DNA from: Macrostomum lignano
Taxonomy: Eukaryota
Reading direction: 5' to 3'
DNA: 64,000 bases
Assembly (NCBI GenBank): GCA_002269645.1
Contig: NIVC01002695.1
Location: 1 to 64,000, forward strand
Numbering within the stretch: the first letter of the stretch is position 1; every line of letters begins with the position of its first letter. The position numbers and the translations under genes were made by a program. The notes under the pieces were generated by a model, which was given only the letters and a program-made list of their open reading frames with translations, was not told the DNA's origin and did no database searches. Shown piece after piece: positions 11,946 through 23,017 of this stretch.

Positions 11946-12429
11946 AATTATTGCATGCAAAATTTCGACAGGCAGATTAGGTGACAAGATGTCTTACAGT
12001 TATCATTATACACTAAACCACTAGATCTTATTGTGCTGTACGCAGTTTCTGTCTGAATCTAACCGTGATAGCAGACAGCGAGGATAGGGTCACCCTAAGT
12101 CGCGAACAGGTGGGAACTGGAGGTCACGTGATGTAGTGTACCGGTACAAGTAAAGGCCGGAAAGCAGGTGTATTTGCGGACAGGTTAAGGCTGAGGGAGT
12201 GAAGGTTACTCGAGGTCGTGAACCGGTAAGGGCTAGATTATGTGAAATCAAGGGAAGGAAGGGGCCAGGGTCACATGAGGTCACGTATCGGTAAAGGGCC
12301 CTGGTCACTTGAGGTCGCGCGCATAGACACGGACTGAAGTCATGCGAGACCGCGTATTAACGTGTACTGGAGTCGGTTGAGATCGTTTGGGTCAGTTAAG
12401 GTCGTACACATTGACTTGGGTTATTTAAG

Positions 12430-12690
12430 ATTGCTGATAGGCATAATCTGGGGTCATTTGAGTTCACTGATAGGCATAATCTGGGGTCATTTGAGGCCGT
12501 TGATAGGCGTAATCTGAGGTCATTTGAGGTCACTGATAGGCATAATCTGGGGTCATTTGAGGCCGTTGATAGGCATAATCTGGGGTCATTTGAGGCCGTT
12601 GATAGGCATAATCTGGGGTCATTTGAGGCCGTTGATAGGCATAATCTGGGGTAATTTGAGGTCACTGATAGACAGACTAGGATCACTTGA
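12430..12690. repeat. 33-bp tandem repeat (GATAGGCATAATCTGGGGTCATTTGAGGCCGTT, ~7 copies)
   Basis: Direct periodicity between the PANK 3' end and the TDP-43 start. Confidence 0.88.
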
Positions 12691-13511
12691 GGTTGAAATG
12701 AGCAAAAAAGCAATAAAGTAGGTATTTGTAACTCCGAGACACTTCCACATACATAATAGGTCATTGTCAGTAAAAAATAGTGAGTCAGATATCAATTATT
12801 TTATACAAGAGAATGAAAGTATTGAATAGTAATGGAGTACAGTCACACCAAGCAACTAAGCGTATAATTTATAAAAACGTGTCTTACAATCGCACAGCAA
12901 ATTAGCTACAAGACGCAGAATAAAAACTAGCTAGCTGATAACAAATTGCAATCAATCTTATCAAAGCAGCCTATATACCAAATTGTGCACATAACTAATG
13001 CAAATAACTGGCACACTAAAACTATAGCTAGCTTGCTATTTTTTAAAGCAACACTCATTTAATAAAAACTAACAGCGGATTTTGATATTTCAAAGCACAA
13101 TAACAAACTATTTAAATTAAAAAATATATTCGCAGGACAGAGCCAATTTCGCTAACGGAATGCAGTTTACTTTATAAAAAACGCAAAAATAATTAGCTAA
13201 AGAGTAGTTAGATTAGCAATTTAAAAATGTTGCACAATCGCAGGAAATCATGCTTTTTATATCAATCTCTGCATCTTTGAAAGCAGTTGAAAAGTTTTCA
13301 GATTCACACAGGAGTTGCACCCCACCCCGGCCAACTATCGTATACACAAGCCTCATTGAAAGCAAACGATATTGTTAATAATAGAAACACAAAGACCTTT
13401 TTAATAAAAAAAATGCGTTAGCAATCCAACAAACAAATCAATATTTGAAAACTAAAACTTCAACTCAAATTGAGAGAACAGATAATCTGCTATAGCATTG
13501 ATTAATTGAGG

Positions 13512-16500
13512 TCATTCATTCTGAGAGCTCATCTTCTGGGAGTCATCAGAAGCGGTTTGAGCAGACTCGGATGTACAGTAGGCATTGTTGATGCTGTCCG
13601 GATCAACTAGCTCCATTAGGGAGCCCAGAGCGCCAAGGTAGCCCTGCAATATAAAAAGTAGAACAATGCGCAAAGCAAGCCTTATACTACCAAGGACTTT
13701 ATCTACAGCCATATTATGAGCATAAGACTATCCTCTTTCTCACCTCGTGTTGCACAAACAGCGCCTTAATGCTGCCACGCGACCAATAGTCCATAGCGTG
13801 TGCCAGCAGGCGAACAGACAGTTCATTGCAGCGCAGAAAATTGCCAGTGAAAATAACCCGATCGATGCCCTGCAATAGCAGCGACGAAGAGGCAATAAGA
13901 CTTGGCGGTAGTCATGCTCTATCCTTCAGCTCCTTCATGCTCTATCCTTCAGCTCCTTCATGCTCTATCCTTCAGCTCCTTCATGCTCTATCCTTCAGCT
14001 CCTTCATGCTCTATCCTTCAGCTCCTTCATGCTCTATCCTTCAGCTCCTTCATGCTCTATCCTTCAGCTCCTTCATGCTCTATCCTTCAGCTCCTTCATG
14101 CTCTATCCTTCAGCTCCTTCATGCTCTATCCTTCAGCTCCTTCATGCTCTATCCTTCAGCTCCTTCATGCTCTATTCTTCAGCTCCTTCATGCTCTATCC
14201 TTCAGCTCCTTCATGCTCTATCCTTCAGCTCCTTCATGCTCTATCCTTCAGCTCCTTCATGCTCTATCCTTCAGCTCCTTCATGCTCTATCCTTCAGCTC
14301 CTTCATGTTCTATCCTTCAGCTCCTTCATGCTCTATCCTTCAGCTCCTTCATGTTCTATCCTTCAGCTCCTTCATGCTCTATCCTTCAGCTCCTTCATGC
14401 TCTATCCTTCAGCTCCTTCATGCTCTATCCTTCAGCTCCTTCATGCTCTATCCTTCAGCTCCTTCATGCTCTATCCTTCAGCTCCTTCATGCTCTATCCT
14501 TCAGCTCCTTCATGCTCTATCCTTCAGCTCCTTCATGCTCTATCCTTCAGCTCCTTCAGTTACCCTCCTCCAATCCCAGTGCCTGGAGCACCCTCCTATC
14601 CCAGTACCTCCTATTCCAGTGCCTTCAGTGCCTTCCTATCCCAGTGCCTTCAGTGCCCTCCTATCCCAGTGCCTTCAGTACCCTCCTATCCCAGTACATT
14701 TCTATCCCAGTGCCTTCAGTGCGCTCCTATCCCAGTGCCTTCAGTGCCCCATTATCCCAGTGCCTTCAGTGCCCTATTATTCTAGTGCCTTCAGTGCCCC
14801 ATTATCCCAGTGCCTTCAGTGCACTCCAATCCCAGTGCCTTCAGTGCCCTACTATTCTAGTGCCTTCAGTGCCCCATTATCCCAGTGCCTTCAGTGCACT
14901 CCAATCCCAGTGCCTTCAGTGCACTCCAATCCCAGTGCCTCCCTATCCCAGTGTTGCCTCAGAGTTTGTCTATGTCCCGCGTCCTAATCCAGTCCTTCCA
15001 CACAGGAAGCAAAGCAATATGTGCACACCTGAGTAGAGGCGCACATCCTTGCAATGGATCCAATATTGTTAGTGAGCATAACCAGAGTCGCTCTGGCTAG
15101 ATCCTCGGGCTTGGCTTCGGCGCGTTTATCCACCGACATCATGTGACCGAAACTGCTGGCAACGAGATCTCCGCGCAAGCCGAATAGTTCGTAGTCCCCG
15201 CCGTAGATGTCCATGACTAGTTTGTCCACCTGTGCGAAGTTAAAAACTACTTATTGTATAAAATATTCTCACAGCCTGGAATTCCCACAGCTGGGTATTC
15301 CCACATGCACAGCTGGGTATTCCCACATGCACAGCTGGGTATTCCCACATGCACAGCTGCGTATTCCCACATGCACAGCTGGGTATAATTCCCACAGCTG
15401 GGTATTCCCACAGCTGAGTATTCCCACAGATGGGTATTCCCACAGCTGGGTATTCTCACAACTGGGTATCCCACAGCTAGGTATTCCCACAGCTGAGTAT
15501 TCCCACATGCACAGCTGGGTATAATTCCCACAGCTGGGTATTCCCACAGCTAGGTATTCCCACAGCTGAGTATTTCCACAGCCGGGTATTCCCACTGCCG
15601 GGTATTCCCACAGCTAGGTTATCCCACTCCTACCTTGTTACTATCGCCCCGTTCGGCCAGTGCAATGGCATCTTCGAATGTTTCGCAGCCAGTCAGCAGA
15701 CAGCAGAGGCCCAGAAAGGTGCCGCCGCCAAGGCTGGTGCCGCTGACCCGATTCCAATCGCGCGGGCCTCGCACAGCAATGATGGAGACGCCGCTGCCAA
15801 TGTTTACAGCCAGGAATGGATAGCAGTCCGACTGGCGGGTCAGGCTGTAGGGCTGGCGCACACAGTCAGATCTGCTGGGGTCCGGCTCGGGCAGGTAGTA
15901 GCACTCCAGCGGGTGCCGCTCGGCCAGGAATATTAATCCATTCAATAGGCATTCTAGTTCGTCTAGCTTTAATAGCGACATGCCTAATCGGCTTTGAAAG
16001 TCCGACTCGAACTTGTAGGCACCGCCGCCTGTGTGTTTGAGAGTGCTAGAAGCTTAGAGGGAGATGCTCTCGGTCATGAGAGTGATTCGTAGCAGTGTAT
16101 GATTCTCATGGTTCGTGTGGGTCATCAGGGTTTGTGTGGGTTCTCAGAGTTTGTGTGGGATTCTCAAGGCTTGTATGGGATTCTCATGGTTCGTGTGGGT
16201 TTTCAGGTTTTGTGTGGGTTTTCAGGGTTTGTGTGGGATTCTCATGGTTCGTGTGGGTTCTCAGGGTTTGTGTGGGATTCTCAAGGTTTGTGTGGGTGCC
16301 CGGAGTTTGTGGGTTCTCGGATTTTGTGTGGGTTCCCGGAGTTTGTGTGGGTTCTCATATTTTGTGTGGGTTCCCGGAGTTTGTGTGGGATTCTCATGGT
16401 TTGTGTGGGATTCTCATGGTTTGTGTGGGTTCTCGGAGTTTGTGTGGGATTCTCATGGTTTGTGTGGGTTCTCGGAGTTTGTGTGGGTTCTCAGGGTTTG

Positions 16501-17238
16501 TGTGGGTTCTCGGGGTTTGTGTGGGTTCTCGGAGTTTGTGTGGGTTCTCAGGGTTTGTGTGGGTTCTCAGGGTTTGTGTGGGTTCTCGGGGTTTGTGTGG
16601 GTTCTCGGAGTTTGTGTGGGTTCTCAGGGTTTGTGTGGGTTCTCGGGGTTTGTGTGGGGTCTCGGGGTTTATGTGGGATTCTCTAGGTTTGTGTGGGTTC
16701 TCATAGTTTGTATGAGTTCTCTCAAGATTTTCTGGGTTCTCAGGATATGTGGGGAGACTCTCAGGGTTTTGCGAGATTCTCATAGGTTGCTGGCGATCAT
16801 CAGGTTTTTCGTGCAGATTCTTGGGGCTCTTATGTAGAATCTCAGTGTTTTTATCTACTAACCAGTAGCACAGATCATGTCCGCCAGGTCTTTCAAATTT
16901 TTATCCTTTGCCATATCGATGAAGATGCTCATGCTGCAAGTGGGAAACCGGATAAAGTGCAAAGTGCCCGACCGGCCAAGAAAACTGACGTTAGGCATCT
17001 CCAGATACACGTCTCGCAGGCCGGTAGTGCCGTAGGCGACATTGCTAGTGAGGTATTTGCGAATATGGGCCACTTTCTCGCGCTCCTCCTCGGCATTGTC
17101 TAGGCTAGGCTCGAAGTACACAAGTTTGGTGAGGGTGCCGCCAATGTCCATGCCGAACCAGGGCAACGGGGGCAGGCGATATGAGGTGGACATTGAGCGG
17201 CGCCGTAATTTGGTCTCTGACAACTGTCTGCTGGCCAT
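13512..17238 (-). CDS. PANK: Type II (eukaryotic) pantothenate kinase, 5 exons
   Basis: Exons 17238-16863, 16028-15634, 15229-15029, 13869-13744, 13643-13512, all phase-compatible. Motifs [55 protein letters not shown] and ALFVQHEGYLGALG. Confidence 0.95.
13915..14945. repeat. 23-bp array (ATGCTCTATCCTTCAGCTCCTTC, ~28 copies, to ~14560) then a ~26-bp CCCAGTGCCTTCAGTG array, in PANK intron 3
   Basis: Direct periodicity. The 23-aa period of the pseudo-ORFs equals 3 x 23 nt. Confidence 0.93.
15272..15618. repeat. 16/22-bp CAGCTGGGTATTCCCA(CATGCA) array, in PANK intron 2
   Basis: Direct periodicity. Confidence 0.9.
16095..16830. repeat. 20-bp array (GGGTTTGTGTGGGTTCTCAG), in PANK intron 1
   Basis: Direct periodicity, degenerating after ~16700. 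Confidence 0.92.
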
Positions 17239-17404
17239 GGCTGCGATGGTAGCATCTGCGGGTTGCAGCCTTGCTTCTGGCTTATACTAATAGACTGACC
17301 TTCTTTTACAAGCCAAATTGAAAAACCAGGATGGCAGCTGGCATCAGTCAAAAAAGTTCAAAATCAAATAAAATACCCTAACGTCTCTACCCTACCCCTT
17401 ACAT

Positions 17405-17746
17405 CAGGGGTCGGCAAACTCTGACCCACAGGCCACATGCGAAGCCTCTCTATCTGGCCCTCGGGTCCTTTGAAACTTCACAGTAGCAATCCGGCCTGCT
17501 CAGGGTTTGCATCTCTTCTCAGCTCTTTTCTCTCTAATCTCATCTCTCTTCTCTTTCCTCTCCTCTTCTCACCTATTTTCTCCCTTCTCATCTCTCCTCT
17601 TCTATTCATCTCTCCTTTTCTCTCTTCTCTACTCCTCTCTTTAACTTCATTCCCTCGCCTATCCTTTCTCATATATCTCTTCTCTCTTCTATATTCCTTC
17701 TCTGTTCTCTGTCTGGCCCTTAAGCTAAATAGTTTGCCATCCCCTG
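17405..17746. mobile_element. hAT (Charlie-like) MITE, 342 bp, with internal CT-rich tract
   Basis: TIRs CAGGGGTCGGCAAACT and AGTTTGCCATCCCCTG (14/16 match). Flanking 8-mers CCTTACAT and CTTTATAT (6/8) fit a decayed 8-bp TSD. Confidence 0.7.
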
Positions 17747-18758
17747 CTTTATATTTATAAGCCTATATGACCTAAAAAAGTTTCTAAAGTCTGCTAACTC
17801 CATTTTTACTGATTACTCAAATTTGACAATAGATAGAAGTCTTGAAACCTTAAGAATTCCAAAATTACAATACTTTTTTAATCTTCAAACAAATAAGTTA
17901 AAAAATATAGAGAACAGCTTGAAAAAGTCAAGATGCTGGGTAAATTTTGGGAAAATGCCTAAATGGCAAGAGAACTTTGACTATATTATTAAGGCTAAAT
18001 GCTTTGTCATCTAATTAGTAACTATGTTTATATTTTTAATAGGCATTTTTGCAACTTTCCTTTGCTAGACCATTTGCTAGCTAGCCAGATCAGCCAGCTT
18101 AGCAGGGTGTTGCATATGTATATGACTAATTGTAACCCTGACTTTATCATTGATTCTCTTGGCATGTAGCAATATAGAACAAGGCTCCATTGCAACTTAG
18201 ACTTGATTTAGATTGTATAAAAGTTATGTCAAAGACTTGATTAGGCCTATTGCCATGGTTAGGCCTATATTAACTAATTACGAGTAAAACTAGTACTAAT
18301 TGCCTAAGAAATCAATTACATTATAACTGCTTCTTAAGCTTCTTAAGGCTTTTAATTGAACCAACTTAATGTGACTTAAATTAGAAATGTTATAATTCAT
18401 ATTATCAACTAGATAAAAGCTAGCTTATATATAAATAGAATAACTTATATAGCTTATATATAATATAGTATAGACATGTTTAAAATATAATGACAAATAG
18501 CAAAGAACTTCTTAGGCTATAAGCAAAGCAATTTATTTCAAACAAAATGATAGATTTTAAAAACTATTTAGAGATTTGGTCTATACTAGATAGAGATAAA
18601 AAATGCTTTCCTTATTGGCTCTAAATAGCTTTAGGCCCTATAGCCTTTTTGATTGCTACTTGATATTGCTACTTGATACTTGATATTGATATTTCTTTGG
18701 CTTTGACAAAATAATAATAATATATTATAACAAAAATAAGAAAAAGAATAGGCCTAGT

Positions 18759-19055
18759 CATACATGCGCAACCTCCAAAATTTGGTCGGTCATGCAACTT
18801 AGTTTTTACAAAAATGTGATGTAGTTTTTGGCCAAAAATATGACTTATATATAAAAGAAACCCTAAAGCAAAATTAATGCAACTTTGGGTAAATGGCAAA
18901 AGTAACTATGACTGTCTTATTAAGGCAAAATGCCTCATCATCTACTTAGTACTACTTGGGTTTTAATTTGGGTGGGCATTTTTGCGACTTACCTTGGTTG
19001 GCTACCAAATCAGTTGGCCAGATCGGCCAACTTGGCCAACTGTTGCGCATGTATG
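18759..19055. mobile_element. 297-bp hAT-type MITE (family A), CpG-decayed copy
   Basis: Perfect 14-bp TIR CATACATGCGCAAC / GTTGCGCATGTATG and perfect 8-bp TSD GGCCTAGT. Confidence 0.9.
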
Positions 19056-19727
19056 GGCCTAGTTTACATTTTTAAAAACACTTTATATAAATAGGCCTAA
19101 CCTAGGTGACTAGGTCTAAGAAAACTTAAAGCTTCAAAGTAGCTTTGTAGGCCTAGCCTATGCTAAATTGATTGATTGGCCCTAATGATAGCTTTGTAGG
19201 CTTAGCATTTAAAAAAGAGCTTTATAGCCTTGCCTAAGCCTATGTACAATAGAGACAAATAGGCCTAGGTTATAGTATAGGCCTAGGCATAGCTCTAGTT
19301 TAGCTGAACTTACTTATATATAAGTGGCAAATAAAACTAGGGGGCCTAAGGTCAAATAAAAACTAAGCAAGTAAATATTTTCAAATATGAGACATTGTTA
19401 TCTTATCTATACAACTATAGCTAAAATATATAGGACTTTCCATACCATTACATTGCCACCAACACCAAGCTGATTTGTAATGGATGCCATCTACTAAAAT
19501 GCTAGGTTTTTTTAGGCCATACGGTAGCCACTGGCTACCTAAAAAAGCCATTGGCAATTGGATTTATGGCATCAGAGGCCAATCTAGCAACTTCATTTTA
19601 TCCATACTAGTTGCCAATTTCAAAAATTGTTTTTGTAAGTATAATAAAAGTGCTATATGAATTGATATTATAGGCCTATGATAGAATTGTTAGGCCCTAG
19701 TTTGTTACTGTTATTGTCAGTATAAGA

Positions 19728-20007
19728 TATACATACGCAACTGCTGGCCAACCTGGCCGATCTGGCCACTGTAAATTGTGGTGGACCAGGGGTAAGTCGC
19801 AAAAATGCCCACCCCAAGGAATACAGACGTAGTACTAATTAGATGACAAGGCATTCAGCCCTTATAAGAGGAAAGAGAGTCATAGTTACTCCTGCCATTT
19901 ACCCAAAATTGCGTTAATGTTGCTCTAGGGTTTCTTTCACAGGTAAGTCACATGGTCAAAAAGTAAGTTGCATGGCCAGTGTAAATCAGGGGGGTTGCAC
20001 ATATATG
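19728..20007. mobile_element. ~280-bp MITE related to family A, diverged
   Basis: Degenerate TIRs, shared internal blocks (AAGTCGCAAAAATGCCCACCC, TAGTTACTCCTGCC.TTTACCCAAA) and 8-bp TSD GTATAAGA / GTATAACA. Confidence 0.8.
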
Positions 20008-23000
20008 GTATAACATGTACATATTACTCAAAATTTAGTGTCTTGGAAATATTCATCCTCAAGAATTTGGCTAAGCCTAGTTGCCAATGGGCAACCGAAA
20101 ATAGCCATTGGCAACTGGATTTCCAACCTTAAAAAAAACCTAGCTAAAATGTCTAGGCTTAGCCTAGCTAGCCTAGATGCTTTATGCCTTTGTGCCTACC
20201 TATAGTGGCTATACTAGGAACTAGGGGCCTATGGCTATATGATGCAATTTGCCCTATGGCCAAGCCAATATATAATTATAAATAAAAAATATACAAATGT
20301 TTAGACCTAAAGCTACGGTCCAATAGTCTATAAGAAGCTTATTTCTATAATATAGGAAACATGGTCATGGATGAATCTATAGGCCTACCCAACCCAGCCA
20401 CTAGCAATTAGGCTCCCTAGCTTTAAAAATGCTTTAATAATAGGAGGTCTTCCTTACATGTATTTAATAAAAAATAATTACATAAAACAAGCAACCTTGC
20501 TAAAAATTGATGAATATGCCTCTAGCATAAAAATCCTCACTGATTAGCACCACATTGAGTAGCAAGCACTTGATACTGCCCTCATCATCATAATCTAGGT
20601 TGTAACTATAACTAACTGTAAGCCGCGCGGGCGGCCCTGCGGCCGGCCGGGGGGCAGACAATAATCCTTTCAAACAGAAAGTTTCAGTTCACCCAATGCT
20701 GTTCAGTTTGAAAGGTTTTGAAAAAAGCAACTAAAAAACTTTATGAAAATATCTAGATCTAAAAATCGACAATTCTTTGCAAAATACAAAGATTTGGCAA
20801 CCCGAAAAACTACAAGATTTTTTGTTTTAACACTTTCAACCTTACACGTTTAATTTCGTGTACTTTTTCTTCTTTACAAGAAACCACTATTTTTTGTACG
20901 TGGGTACACGGCCGCCGAGCCTATAAGCTCCATACTTATAGACACGGCCGCTGTGCCTATAAGTTTCTGCATTATAGACACGGCCGCCGTGTCTCTAAGT
21001 GTGGCGTTTTTTGTAAGATACATGTACAAGTATCTTCTTCCAAATCCAATGCAACCCATAGCATAGGCCTATTTGACTTTTACTAATATTTAAATGCATA
21101 TATATTTTTGATCTGATTTAAAAGGCATAGCTAGATGCTAGGCTGCTAGATACCAAAGGCATGACTTTTAGCACCAACAACAAAGATGTGAAAGTGTGAA
21201 GGCATAGAAAATGAAAATGCTTGGCAAAGCAACTATTTAAATTTATAAAGAGCTTGCCTGCACGGCAGCCGTTCATGTAAGCTCAGAATTGCATGCACGG
21301 CGGCTATCTACCTAGTGCTTTATTTGCATGTATGCAGCCGTCCACCTAGTGTTGTAATTGCATACATGGCAGCTGGCAATTGGCCAGGACTGGGGCCCTT
21401 AAATCCACGCATTGGCATTGGCAAACCTAATTAAAAAATATTTTTACTATATTGTTTTATAATGTTTTATCCCCCATACACCATGGACGGGGGATAAGCC
21501 AGCTAGGCTGTAGGCCCTAGCCTAGGTCTAAATGAAAAACTAATATAATATTATTAATAGTTATTATAATATATTATATTATATTAATAAAACAAATAAA
21601 TAATAATATACCTTATAATAATAAACTTTAAACTTAGTAAAAACCATGTAAACTTAAAGACTCTAAAAATTGAAGACTGTTATTTTAGCTTTATATGTCA
21701 CTTAACTTTATACTATAGTTTACACTTCACACTATTTCATTTATTTTTAAGTATTCAAACAACCAGGCCTTTCAATGTCCTCCAATAAAGATTATTTGTC
21801 TAAAAGCTTACTAAAGTTGAGTAAAAAAACTTAAGTTCAGGCCTACTTAACAATTCATTCATTTAACTTTAGTCAATTTAGTAAAAATTCTTGGTTGAAC
21901 TACAATATATAATTTACATAACCTTGTCCAATTTATCTTGGCTTATTCTATTCTTAGCTTATATTTATTTTCAAGTAAAAAGGCTAATAGGTACTAATAG
22001 TATAATAAATAAGTTTTTTTTCAAATAGGGGCCTATTTATTATAAAATTGCATATGAAAGGAATTAGCTAATTTTTTTGGTATATGACCTAATGGCAAGG
22101 TTTTAAAATATTATATCATCTTATTTATTTAATCAAAAGTTTATATAATATATCCATTAAAAGTCAATAAACTTAGTTAGTAACTTATCTTATCAAATAT
22201 ATATATGCTTAAATAGCCATAATCATTTATACTTTCTAATAAAACCTAGGCCCATATTTACTACAAGGGTATACCCAAAGTTCTTGGAATATTTGCTTTA
22301 GCTCTTTAGTACTTTGACCAATTTTTATGTTTCATAGGCTATGTCAAACTAAAGATAGTTTTTCAATTAAAAAATTGTCATTTAAACTTCCTTTCCTATT
22401 TGATTATATTTAGGAGTTATACTAGAAAATTTAAAATATAGTTAGATCTGATCAACAATTTTACCCATTTTATCCATAGATATTTCCAGGTCTTGCTGAC
22501 AAATTCAGTTAATTTTTGCAAAAAAATTGATTATGAAAAAGGACACTATAGACATTTAAGTGTAATGCTTTGCATTGCATATAACATTAATTGTTTTGTA
22601 ATTGAGTATAAAACTATTGCAAATATATTATATGCCACTTAATAGCTTTTATTCAAACAAGTAAATATATTTTTTTATTCAAGTCTATCTTGTAGGCCCA
22701 AGAGTCCAAGACCATGGAATTGGAACCTGTATCCTATTTGTCTGCTAGAAAAAATGTTTTGTCTGCTAGCAGACAAAAAGGCAAAAGATAAAATCACTAT
22801 ATACCATCTCTACAACTGTCTAAAAGAACTACATATGACTTCGCACTGTCAATTTTGGTATCCAAGTTTAACATTACTAAGTCATTTTTCTAGGCTATCT
22901 AAAACCTATTTTTATGTACTAAGACCATTTTTAGTGTGCTATTTCAATTTTTTTCTCTATTATACCTTACTTAATTCTTATGAGCAATGAATTTTACTTC

Positions 23001-23017
23001 AATACTCTGTTTGACAG

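Noticed and set aside
13826-16837. Long plus-strand ORFs opposite PANK
   Set aside because: They are intronic 23-bp and 20-bp repeat translations.
21468-21510. Hairpin TTATCCCCC..GGGGGATAA followed by CTAG as another Helitron end
   Set aside because: It is a single occurrence with a long loop, no matching 5' end was found, and CTAG is very common in this domain.
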